NCBI GenBank assembly: GCA_002633005.1
Contig: NMRA01000295.1
Span: 252,240 to 316,239, forward strand
DNA length: 64,000 bases
DNA from: Phoronis australis
Lineage: Eukaryota; Animalia; Phoronida
Reading direction: 5' to 3'
This document shows, one piece after another, positions 25,276-38,300 of the stretch (its first letter is position 1; each line of letters starts with the position of its first letter). The notes under the pieces are model-generated. The model did no database searches and was not told the origin of the DNA. It saw only the letters and a program-made list of their open reading frames with translations. The position numbers and the translations under genes are program-made.

Positions 25276-26615
25276 TACCCTATCAATACAGAGGGATCTA
25301 AATGCTGGATTCAGTCAAGGACAACGGAAGGAAATTATGCTCCAAGATCAGTGTTTTTGGTTTCCCTTCAAAAAGAGCCCCACCCGAAAGAGGTGTTGGC
25401 GATTAAAAAGAAAAGAAGGGTGATTGATTCCATCACTTGGGCCCCGGCATGAACTGGGGTATTGATACCATAAAACTGAACAAGATTGAGACTGGCTTCT
25501 GTCAACTTGCAGTCGCCAGTGATTCCTTAAAAAGATTCCCGTGGTATGAGGAAGTGGAGCATTTTCAATGAAACCACTGACACGAATTTTGCAAAGTCGC
25601 TATTTAAACTTGATTAATAAATACTTTTCATACTGACGTAATTCCGGTCTGAGCGGAGCGTCGACGTTAACTGCGAAGTTAACTGAACCGTTCGGAAGAA
25701 GAAGAATACCGGCATCGGTGAGTAAACGGACCTCGAAGTAAACGGTAGGTGACGGCTGTTGTCATCGAAGTAGTAATCGCAAGGTAACACTGATGCATCT
25801 CGTTCACGCTATTTTTTAATATTACAACTTGTGCCAATTGACATAAAACGTATTTCTAATTCGATTGGTGGTTATTCGACCAAAATGTAAGCAACTATTA
25901 GCGACGACACTTCCCTGTAATTGTTGACGATAACAGTGGCCCCTGGCGATAACTTCGATGGGATCGAAGTTGACCGCTCATAGTGCACCACAGTGCTTTT
26001 CACACCTGGGTGATAAAAATAAAGATGTCAATCAAGTTTGAAATTCTATATGTTCTACAATTTAATATATAGTATACAACGTCGCTACAGGCTCTGAATA
26101 TAGTGAATAGCTACTTGATAGCAGTTCATTCACTGAGGCGAATTTGATGTTTTCAATCTGAGCGATTGTGCTGTTTTTGTCTCAATTCTAGGAGTTTCCA
26201 GTACAATATTTCTAATTTTCTTTGTAATTTGCCGACTTGGATGGAGGTGTAACAGAGAGGCGACGTCAACTGTTTTTTGCATATGTAATATGTATTCACT
26301 AACTTGAGGAATGCGATAATAATGAAAGCAAAATTATTGGATCGTGAAATGTGACATGCAAGGTCAAGGGCATACGATTGACACTGCACCAGCATGTAAC
26401 TAAAGGATGGGAGATTAATTGCACAGGTCGACGCGTATGTGCACGTATTATCTGTTATGGGTGACTCATCCTGTACACGTATTAAAGAAAATGTATTATC
26501 GCTCGTCTGACTCAGGGTACTCATCTTTAGGAATTGGGCTGATTCAGATTTTATAAGAAGAGTTAAACGAGTAATGTCTAAAGTTGAAATATGCCTTAAT
26601 ATTTCTGAAACTTTG

Positions 26616-26747
26616 CAGTGCTGTAGTGGTAAATTTGGAGGTAAATAGCGCCCAAAGCCCACTGCATCACCTTGAGCACTGAACGTAACTGAAGTTGCGT
26701 AGGTGGTTGGCTGCGCCTACGTGCGCCTACGCTCCACTACTGCACGG
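26616..26747. mobile_element. MITE family E, copy 1 (CAGTGCT.TAGTGG termini)
   Basis: Inverted homolog at 30357-30502 (gtaggtggttggctgcgcctacg; ccttgagcactga). Confidence 0.65.
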
Positions 26748-29700
26748 AATCTATGGTCACTTGCATGGCAACATGATAAGTACACCAGCTGGCTTCTAAA
26801 AATGTATGTCGCTTATTGTGAGCGGAGGTTGCTAACTATTCGTCAAGATGGGCACTAATGGGAATCATGTCATGAAATTACTTTTATTTTCCCCATCAGC
26901 CATACAATTCACCTTTTTACCATTTGCTATTGGAACAAATCTGACAAACCATGCATAGTAGTAAGCACATGCTCTGTTTTAAAAAGATGGAATCACTTTT
27001 TTGTTTTCTTGACGTTTGATTGTAGATGAGGCTCTACACAGAGCACCTTAAACCCTCGCTTGGCAAATAAAATATTGTTAACTGTTTTAAGGCTTTGCGA
27101 GTAAGGGTCTTAATACACCAAACCCCATTCAGAGCACCTCGAAAATGTTCGTACCTCTCGCACTGGCGAACTTCAGTCCCTAAATCTCTTGGGCATTTTG
27201 GTCTTTGTGTACTCTCAAATGTTATTTTGATTTTTCAATTTGATCTTTNAGTACGAGCTCCTCCTTTGTATAATTACATTTTCTATTAATATCTGTGGAA
27301 AGTGACCCCTTACTTCACTGAAAATAAATAGGAGCTTAGTTCCAATATTAGGGGCATTGAATGAAGTGCCTAATGAAAACAGAAAGTTTTAATCGCGCAG
27401 AAAAAACATGAAATACACTTCACGCCATCTGCTATCACATGTTTTTCTGCTATCACTAATCTAAATAATACTGTCCATTCCATCGCCAGTTTTCTGCACT
27501 TTAAATAGTTTTTTCATTTGCGTTGCATTTTTGTCGTAGTTCGTAGAAGAGTTCGCAGCTGACCTATTGATGGCGAAATCAAGAAAGGCGGGATACTTCC
27601 CTCACCACTGACTAGGTTGGAATGCACATGCAGAAGCGCCTCCTATGTTGCAAATAAGTTGTTTGCTTTGTGTTTGCAATGTATCTTCCATCCTTATGCT
27701 TTTCTGAGTTTCAGTGAAATACCGACACGAACTCATCTTAAAAAAGAATGTATTACCTCAGCCAGTTTCTTTACACTGAACCTTTCTGTTTCAAACTGAG
27801 CAAGGTATCAGTGGATTGGGAAACCGTGAAAAGAAAATGTCTTGAACTTAAGACGACTCACACTAAGTTCCTATGGATTCCGATTGCTTTAGAGCACTCC
27901 TTGGTCAAGAATAAATGAAAAAAAAATCCCACGGAAAGGTGGGAAAGAGACGGATAGAAGTATTGGCTAATGATGGAAAACGTAATTTTCTCAGAAACAT
28001 TTTAGAATTTTCCAGTCTGTAAAGATTTACGTCATAACAGTTAGTTTCGCAAAATGCAACTATCTTACAAAATAGATTTTTGTTAATCTCATTTTTCGGA
28101 CTAGGAAGTATTCACCGTCTGTTACTTTACCTGTGACATTTTCAGTTATGGCCAGTTTTGTCAATGAACGATCGACTTGGGTTACACGTTTCTTAATGTT
28201 TCTTCTTTTTTGGTTGTTCTTGTGATGAAAATTGGGTGAATTAATATTCTTGGTACCACCAATTTGTTTGGTTATAACTCCAAGATCGCTTCTTGGACTG
28301 AAGCAGGTATTATATTCTAATGTAGAGATGTTTATTGACAATTCCCGGCATTGTACTGATTTGCTTGAATTAATGCATGAACCGATTCTATCAAGGACAT
28401 GGTTCCTGTGTATATACAGGTACAATATGACAACAAATACTAAAACAGACTGTAAGATCGAGATGTTTACTATAACCCAAGCAGACCCCTAGACTTAGCA
28501 AAACATTTGACAACTTTTAGTTGTTGAACATCCTCAAGCTTTCGTTTGAACTTTTCAGAAATGACGTGTTCCACTTGACCAATGGACTAGATTACAAACA
28601 CAAGATGTCTAACCCAACAGAGAAGGCAACTGTCTCGAGAATGCAGGGCATGACAGGGAGGTTGACGCGTTAAATGGAGTAAGATGGCACAAAAACGATA
28701 TTGTAGGTGCAAGTTATATTTCATTAGTCAGCAGTACAGTTATACAATACATTAGCAGATAATCTGACACATTCACACGCGGTGACTTTACCTGATATTA
28801 ATACAAAATAAATAATTACCAAGATGTCATGTCCATTTACTACGTCAGTAAGCCGACATAAGCAAGACCGTACGTTTCAGGGATAAACGAAACAATGTCT
28901 CCTGTCGCAGCCAGTATTACCCAGTATTACCATACGTGCATGTATGAGATAGGATCACGCGCGCCCACATGTGTGACTGAAATAGTTTTCTCGAAACCAA
29001 GTCTCAAGTTTCGCATGGAACACGAGCCTCACCAACCATCCTGTGGTCATGTATTATCCTGGGTGATTTTGTGTCTCTGCACCATATGTAGCAATTTTCA
29101 CGTTAGCAGCGTATTTTAAAGTGCAAACCCGGATAACATCTACAGTTTGTAACTGAGCTTTACTTGTACCTAGTTTTAAAGGCTTGTTTCTTGGTTTTTG
29201 AAAAAAAAATGAAATGAGTCTATGGTTTTGAGATATAAAAGTTATTCTTTACTCTTATGATGATTTAAACAATGCATTACTTCTCAAAGTTCTGCTCTTT
29301 TGCCTTCTGATGCCTACACAGAAATTTGGAAATAGGGATGGCTTCACAAGCAGGGGCATGGGCCTAAATGCGCCTACATTAGGTAACGGCACTACTGACA
29401 ATTCAAAACCTAAGTGGTGTAACTACAAACAGCTTACAGAATCACACAGACACACATTTCTCGTGACCAGTCATCTATAGATAAGTAAACACTTTGTAAA
29501 CGAACATGATTTCAAGTTTTTAAAGATGATCACTAAAACATTTCACAAAAGTAGCACTTCTCATGACTCTTAAAAATCACAGGACAGAAAACTGGCAAAA
29601 ATCGTAATCACGATGTGCCGCACAATACAAGATTACCGAAGTCCTTTTCTGAGCAAAAACCTACATTAAGCTCAACTTTGCAAAAAAACGCACCATATAC

Positions 29701-30356
29701 TTTTAGTCGCAAATGCCTGCATTTGGGCGAAACAGCGAAGGTGACAACCTGAAGAGTGGAGAGGAATAAGTTTTTGAAGAAAAAAAATTTCCAAGGAAGT
29801 TGCAACTACCACACACTCACACACAACCCTGTCCAGTAACCATGGATACGCGATTACTTTATGTTTATCACACATAAGTCAACACCTTATTGCATCTACG
29901 AGAATTAGTCAACTAGCCCACAAGAACTAACTCAATTTCCATGCATAACAAAACATTAGTTGCCACAGTGAGCAAATGTCTACCAAACGTTAACCCATGC
30001 AACGGGTTTCTAGTTATTGCAACTCACAACTTTAATACTACTAGGTAAAGGCATGTAGAGTAAAGGTAAACAGAACACTATGTGTAATACTAAACTGGGC
30101 ATAGTGGGATATCAAGACTAGTGTCTGATCATAATGGATTGATGACCACTAGCGCCATCTAAGGAACAGTTCACTGTTACATATGAAGTGGCCTAGATGT
30201 GAGCTCTGAATGAGAGGAATATTATTATTGATAGCTGTGCATCTTCAGCTAACAAGTATTGAACTAAACCCAGACATGATTTTTACTTAACTCGAACTGA
30301 AACTTACAAATCCAAAAAATAGTGCACATAAACCTTAAATCGGTACAAAATACATG

Positions 30357-30502
30357 CAGTGCTATAGTGGGGCGTAGGCGCAGCCAACCACCTACTGGTA
30401 TTTGAACATAGCGCCTACACACTGTAAGTAACGCTCAGTGCTCAAGGTTATATGGTGAGCTTTGGGCGCCTACTTACCTCTAGCTTTATCAATACAGCAC
30501 TG
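30357..30502. mobile_element. MITE family E, copy 2 (downstream of the Homer stop; possibly in the 3' UTR)
   Basis: cagtgctatagtgg...atacagcactg; reverse-complement homolog of 26616-26747. Confidence 0.65.
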
Positions 30503-30791
30503 AGTACATGACCCAGAGAAATTCACACAAGTTGGGTACGCATGAGTCGGATTTCCGCTAAACAGTCCAGTTGTTCTGCTTTAAGCACTTGGCCCTTCAG
30601 ACAAGTTGGAATTGGGTTCACCAACATAAAACATGTTGTTCTGGTTGGACCTGACTTATGCGAGTTTCACTGTATTCCGTTACATGTTGAATAGTCTGGC
30701 ATAAAACAAGTACGCTCCTATCCAAACATACAATGTAATGTGTACGCTGCACAACTCTGTTTCTCACTGTGAACTGAAGTACACATTAACG

Positions 30792-30806
30792 CCACTAGGT
30801 GGCAGC
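30792..30806 (+). promoter_or_regulatory. CTCF consensus motif
   Basis: CCACTAGGTGGCAGC. Confidence 0.55.
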
Positions 30807-32170
30807 TGGGATCACTGATCCAGCACAACCAGTCACTGTGAGTCCACAAAGTCATAGTTAAATTCTAATATTGCCAAGACATAACAATGGTTAGTTTATA
30901 ATTTCCATCATTTGTTTAACAGTGAATATTAACCCTGCATTGAATAACCAACAACTAAATATTATGGAAGTTACCAATGGAGATGTAGCACTTTCGGTGT
31001 CACTTTTACTAAACTACGATTTGCCACTTAGTTTAGACAGCATCAGTTCAAATTGTGAATACAACTTCAGTGTGGTGAGACAGCAAGTGGACGTTAGTCT
31101 CTACAGGGGTTGGAATGGCCCATTACAAAAAAGACGAAAAATTTCAGGGTGATGTATCGTTCTACAAATAAAAATTCCAAGCCATGCCTCTTTCATCTCA
31201 TTTCATTTCAGGGACTAATTTGAAAATGAGCGGTCAGAAATAAGTGAAAACAAGAGGCACAACCAATCAGCATTTGCCATTACTACTTTAGGAATGTTGC
31301 TGCAGGAAAACATAAGTAGCCTCCAAACATGATAATCACATTTTCAGCAAAAGTAACACCAGTAAACTTCTTTGTGTTCTCTAAATGTGTTTAACACGAA
31401 ATTAAAATTGTGCATAGCATAACATAACAAAACCTTAAAAACTTGCAAACTGCAAACACCATCATAATTAACAAGAGGCTGACCATTCCAATTCTAACTC
31501 GACCATGACTGATCCAAATAACCAAAAAAATTTCAAACGTGCTCAACACAATGAACACCTAACTGCAGACTGTGTAAAGTACCTGATTTGACACCAGACA
31601 GTAGACATTTACTGCCTATGTACATCATAACAACAGTAAAAAATAAACCATTCTTTTCAAAGTCCAATCACTACTTATTAAGTAAACATTCTAATAAAAT
31701 CACCACTTCATGGAACAAACAGGACAGCCTCTGTGCTTGTCCAATTATGGTACCTATGTCGTATTCATGCATTAACCCTGTCCCCCTCTCAAAAGCTGGG
31801 TTTTGCACATATTTCACCTCATGCTCTGCTGAATGGTCTTTGTGCACGGAAGCAGATAAACAAATAACGGTAGTCTAAAAAGCCACAAAACTTCAACAAC
31901 AGAGGCCAGCAGCATCTATAGCACAACTTCTGCTCTTCTAAAAGAGTATTCAGCCTCCATCTACTATTTGTCAAAAAGAAATATAAACCTTTTATTTCGT
32001 TTAGTCGAATACATCCCACTATAGAAGCCCCCGACCCAGAGCTTGGACGAATTGGAAAAAATAATCCCTTTTCCCACACACAACATGACCGCACAGAAAA
32101 CTGCAGCCCCCAAGCCTTGGTCTTTGGCTGTGAGCTGTCAATCATCTGCCAACACCATGACGATGACCTC

Positions 32171-32362
32171 TCACTTCCCCTGCTGCAGCATCGACCCCAT
32201 CTGGTCATGCACCTCGTATAGTGAGCTAAGCTTATTGGCAATTTGCTGGTGATACTTCCATAGATCTTCTTTCTCTTTGTGATGAGAGTTTTTGAGTTTC
32301 GATGCCTCCATTTCCAATTCTCCGATCCTCTGTTGTAAAGATTCGTTCTCACCCTCCAGATC
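32171..32362 (-). CDS. Homer: Homer terminal coding exon
   Basis: [24 protein letters not shown]...[24 protein letters not shown]; ttctcag acceptor; TGA at 32173-32171. Confidence 0.88.
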   Translation of the reverse strand, partial: DLEGENESLQQRIGELEMEASKLKNSHHKEKEDLWKYHQQIANKLSSLYEVHDQMGSMLQQGK

Positions 32363-35300
32363 CTGAGAAACAAGAAAATAGTCATTGAATTAGATACACT
32401 TGGCGGGTCAAGCAATACACAGGCTGATTCTCCTGTTAATATTTTTCCTGCTTGAGCTGTGGACCAAAAACTAAACAAAACTGCACAATTCCATTACTAA
32501 CGGATGATGCAGTATGCACAGCAAAAATATTGTTCAACGCTGCTAATCAGCATTTTTTCAGCAGCGCGTCAATTTTGCATTCGACCAATGCATTTCACGA
32601 ACAGTGGGTTTTTAAATTCGGAAAGGCCATCGAGTAGTGCTTAGATATTGAAGGTGGACATTCACAGCACCTAATGTTTAATAGTGCTTATTATAAATGT
32701 TTAATTTTTTTGACTATTTCATGGCTCCTTGCACTTCGAAAGACTAAATATATTGCACATCGGGAAAACCACACGAACATTGAAGAAAATCCTAGCACTT
32801 ATAAACATTCAATGTGACCATGAGCTCTACATAAAATTGACAGTCTTCAAAGTTCCTCCAGTCACCAAGAGCAATTAAGTGAGGAAATCTTTGTGTTTGG
32901 CCAATAAAAGTGAATGCAAAAAATGGAAATAATTTGATGCTCATCTATTCATGTCATTTAAACTCTGTCGCATGCTGCAACAGTAAGGTCATGTAGCCAG
33001 TCGCTGAAATAGACCAAAAAAGGACTCACATGGTCCTTAAATTTTCAGCGCATTAGTGGATTTGCGCTAACAATGATTGTCCCCTTTTCTGCTATTGTAT
33101 CTTTAACACTGTGAGAATTTTTACTTGTCATACATACTGAGAGTAAACTCTGCATTGAATTCTCAATACTCAGTATTGAACCTATTACCCAGGGAACTTT
33201 TCATGCAATGCCCCTAATTGTTAGACTAAATCTATTGATTTTCATTGAAAGAGGGGATAGGGGATAAATTTTTAGATTTAGAAAATGCCATTATCAAAGA
33301 GGAGTTCATTATAAATACAATAGTGGAGAAAAAAATAACTTTAGTGAGTTGCTAAACAAGGTCCCCAAATGTACAGAAGATTAAGTGAACATCATACTGG
33401 GAGCCCTTTTTGGAACTATTTCATGGAACTGGCAACTTGGAAATAAAGTTAAACAATGAAATGCGTCTATCAGATAAAGAAGGGTTTGGTTTTTTAGCCC
33501 TGCCCTTGAGGTACATGGAAGTTTCATTAACCAGGCTGCCTAAAGCAGGACACTGATGAAGACCCAGCAATCCAACCTGTATTCTGTCTCCCAGCTCAGC
33601 GTTTTGAGATTCCACTTGTGACAAATATTCGACTTTCTCTTGCAAATGGTCGTTTTCCTGGTGAGAGGGGAATGTACGTAAAGCGCAACACAAGACTAAA
33701 GCAATAACAGAAGAACACATAACACGGCAGACAGAAGCGACACCTAGCGGACACACATGAGGGTCAAGTATCAACACACGGTGAAAACCACGAACAAGTA
33801 ACTAAAAGTAGCATTAATGAATGTTTGCCACACAATTGCAAATGCTGACACTTTTCATTTTAATTATCACATGCTGTCCAATGATCAAATTAAACTTGCC
33901 AATACTATATTTTTCAGATTTGATTTTTGGAAAACTTGTAATTTTAAATGCAGGCAATTTTAAAAGCATTGCCATGAGTGTGATTCATTACAACTATTAA
34001 AAGTTTTTCTATGTTTGGAAAATACTTTTGAACATCCCAACTTTGGTAAAGGAATAAAATTTTGTTAAATATGAATTTTAGTAAGAGTAACGAAGACAGA
34101 CTCGACAGAATTGGTTTGAAACAATCAAACTTAATCAGTTGAACCAACGCAACGAACAAGAATAAAAGAACACAAAGCAAAGCAAAGGCGTGACTAACTG
34201 AACTGTCATAAACAAATGAAACAGATATCTAAGTGAACTTTCACAAAGGTTTAATGAAACTTGTTGACCTCGAGTAACGTTCTTTTCTGTCATGAAAAAT
34301 GGCCGCCAGTGAGTTATTTCAACCGCCCTCTGTTGAGCAATGTGTCCCGTTAATATCAATCCCCCATGAGACCAGAGCCCAAGCTACAATGTAGCCAAGG
34401 CAGGAGTACCTTTTGTTTCCGTGAGTGCTCCATTTCTGACTGTTGAAGGTTCTTGTTTAACTCTGCCACCTGTTGTTGAAGTGCGACAACTTGCTCATTT
34501 GACCCCTGACCTTTCTCCAGTTCAATCGCCTGCAACCACATACCAGGCTTAGCAACTGTACTGAACTAAAACACCTAGCAAGATTGATTTTTCATTCCTC
34601 TTTATATCAATATTGCATTTAATGAAAAGAACTATAAAAAGAATGATGCACAAATACACGAAAATATCACAAACTGTGTCACTTTATAAGCAGGAAATAT
34701 GCAGCCTCAAGCCAACACTGTATATTCTAAAAACAGCCATTCAGTTTAGAGTGGAACACTGGCAGATCCAACTTAGATATACGTTTTTGCTTCCATTTTA
34801 AAGTGCAGCAACCAACATCATAGTAATGGGCGAACCAATTCTAGAATATGAATATATTGCGCAAAAGGTAGGCATGGCTATTGCATCAGAAAGGAATTCA
34901 ACATGGGAATAAAATGGAACCAAGCATCATAATGTATCAAGTACACTAGATTTTGTACATCATTCTCGACTATTTGAGTAACCTTGGTATGACCTTGGCA
35001 CAATTGCCATGAGCCAGCCATAGCAACTTTGTTTGACACTGACAAATTGAGACTCGCTACACTGGGCCCCGAAGTGTTACAACAGCCTAAAGTATCGTAC
35101 AAAAAAAAACTCCACAGGAACTTTTAAACCCCAAAAAAAATTGAGGTGCTCCTGGCGATAAAGGGCCTCACCTTTTTCTTGAGCCTTGCGTTCTCCTCCT
35201 TATAAGCAGCCAACTGTTTCTTCCACTCCTCAACATTGGTAGTCGACTCCTGCAGGGCAGTGGTCAGTCTGGCATTGTTGTTTTTTAAAGTCTGTAGCTC

Positions 35301-38300
35301 CACCTCCCACTTCTTTGCATTGGACGAACTGCATGTGAGTGACAGGAGGATAAAGCGTGCCAACAGAATCTGATAAACATGCTTAACGGAGCTTAGAATG
35401 TGTAAATTTAAAGCAACACATTTTGCCCCGTTTACCTATCACTTTAAACATTGGAGTTTTTGATCGAAAAGTTTCAGTGTTTAATATCACAACGTATTAA
35501 GAAACCCAGAACTGTGCCTCGAATGAGTCGATAATTAATGTTTCAAACTGCGTACTGTACGTATTTAAAGGATTTTGCCTGGTCTAAAATGCACACACAA
35601 TAGTGTCATGTGAACGAAATGTCATGACTCAGTAACTAGGTCAACTAGGGTCATCAGCCTTACATGAATGAACTCATGGTCAGTGTTGTGTCTCGTGACT
35701 GGCTTATCTTGAATGGAATTCCCCTAACGAACAATTTTCTAATTTCAAGGTATGATAACCCCTAATAAAATTATGTCAAAAAAAAAAACAAGTCTCATCA
35801 TAGTAATTAGAAAATTTGAGATTGATTTTAATGCTAAAAGACCTTTTCGCATTTCATTTTTGTCAGCAAAACAGGGTGAGATGGGGCTTTGAGTTATGCA
35901 CAACAGACAGGAGACTTTATATCCACCAGGTGGCGCTAATGATTAACTTTAGGGCTCCTTATTGAATACACTGAGAGCAAAAACAGTTCTCAGGATGGGG
36001 CCATCTGTATTCTAATGGCCCAATGTGATTACAGGGCCCTAGGTAACTGAACATCAGTCGCATTTCCCTATGAAAAACATTTACATGAAATTCCCCTTAT
36101 CACGCTCAAAACTTCCCTCCAATGACTTAAAAAATTATCCTCAACGTTAGACTCACTTCTTTTGGCTACTTGAGGCATTGTTGAGGAGGGCTGGTGACCA
36201 GGCAGTGGAAGTGGTGGCGACTGAGGGGGTCGGGAGATTCCACCAACGACGCTTGAGCGCCGCCTAGTACATTTTAAGTCATTCATTAAGAGAGATGACC
36301 TTTGGTTTCAACATACTTGCAGAGTGTTTCTCGAGAATGTTTCTCTTCAAAATTTAAAATTAGCCATGGGATTCTTCAAAGGGTTGTATGTACTTAATAA
36401 TTTAAAGCCAGTTAGAAAGACAGAGCAACGCAGAGTGTTGAAATGCATCCGCCATGTGTACAGTGGTTTTTAATATGAAGTCATTTAAAACAGAATTTGA
36501 CAGAAGTTTTTCATGTTCCAACAAACTTAATCGAACTTCTTGCCACCATAATTGACAGTTCAGTTGCTACAAGATAGCGTACTGTCAAATTTTAGTGAGT
36601 GTTTAATGCGACGATATTGCACCTCGCTGCAGAAAATTGCTAGTTTTTACTGGGATCATAACCAAGATACAGGAGACTTTTTAAAACTTTCTATACAAAA
36701 AACATCATGATCGATATAACAGAGCTCTCATGAGTTTACCACAGGTGTTCCTGTAATAAGCACCACCATGTGTCCTGTGCACTTTTAATGCGCCACCAAA
36801 GACATCAGACTGCCTGCACTATTATGCTTTATTAGAATACCCTAAACATCACACATGAATATGAGCCCAGCCCACCTCCCTAAATACAAGCACATGAGTT
36901 AATACTTGGCTGGACATCTACCTTAACTGTTAATACGCACTGTACTGAACATGAGACTTTACCTCTGAGCAAGGGCAATTTTTAACCGATCATTCTCATA
37001 CTTGAGCTGAGCGCTGGCGTCTTGGCTGGCTGGAAGATTCTGGGAACTCTGGTCTAAACTCTGCAAAAAAGAGCAATTATGAAAGTTGGACTAAACGAGG
37101 TTATTTCTGGATCAGTCTAAGTAAATCTATGGCCACAGAGATGTGATCTGTTTTTGACAAAGAAAAGTACTTTGGCACTTCGGTCATTTGCTGAGATTGA
37201 GATTAATTAGACAAGTGCTCTTGAAACGCAGGAGAGGTTTAGCTCTGCAAGCAACGTGTCGGACTGCCACCACTAAGTCACGAGTTTGAATTTAACTAGA
37301 TCTAAAAAATTTCAATTGCGTCACTTTAAGAGTTAAAACTACATCGGAGAGTCTTGACTAATTTTTCATTTTTCAGTCATGACAGCAAAGCAATTTCGTC
37401 CAGAGATGGCTAAAATCATGACTTCAACTTAGCAACACTTAAGAAGTTAGACGAGACGTTCGACCTCAACCCTTGTTGTGCCTCCTGATTAAATCTACTT
37501 GCCACCAGTTTTTTAAATTCGCACATGCTCACACATGAAGGATTTTTTAAGGACAAGAAAATACACGTGTTTCAGACGTGTCATGAAAGTGTACCTAACG
37601 ACCCATTACTCAAATCTACTCATCCAACAAAATGTCAATAGGTAGTCAATAAGCGATCAATACTCCATAATGTCGATTAGTGTCCACTAACTTAAAAGTG
37701 GATGATAGCAATCAGGCAGGACCTTGAACCAACCAAAACTTTACGAGCGTCAACAGGAGTTCTTCACTTGCACGTTGCCAACGATTGGAAAATGACATTT
37801 CCCTGAACATCATCAAACGCCCAGTATCAGTTATCAATTATCAGACCAAAACTAATCAAGCAAAAATAATAATCATTTCCCATCCCTTGTACTTACTTAA
37901 ATTTAAACTGGCAACCCTAATTGATACCAAAATGTTGAAAAAGCGACACTAAAACATTGCACTGTCTGCATCCCCACACCCCTGCCTTACTTTTACAGGT
38001 GTACCATCACGGCTCGTCACAGGTGAACTACTGCCGCTGCTATCCACCCCATTGGATTGAGGGACAGCCTTCTGCGCTGCCTGCCGCGTCAACTCTTTGA
38101 CCTCTTGAAACTTTTCAACAAACTGCAATATAACAAGTTAAACAGTTCACAACAGAAGGAGTGATAGACCAAAAAACGAACTTTTAATTATATATCTTTG
38201 TAACCCAGGATTGAATTTTTAAAAAAATACTAAAAGTTTGGCGATAAAACTATAGCAAGTTTTTAAAATCCTTGACGACCACAATATTTCATTACATACA

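Noticed and set aside
26153-26662. 169-aa ORF
   Set aside because: It starts inside a MITE at a non-ATG codon and has no recognisable motif.
29991-30013. Helitron 3' end (aaccc...gggtt hairpin + CTAGT)
   Set aside because: The hairpin is degenerate and I could not identify a 5' end or a second copy.
31819-32478. 219-aa ORF from the track
   Set aside because: It overlaps the Homer last exon in another frame and spans intron and UTR; no recognisable domain.
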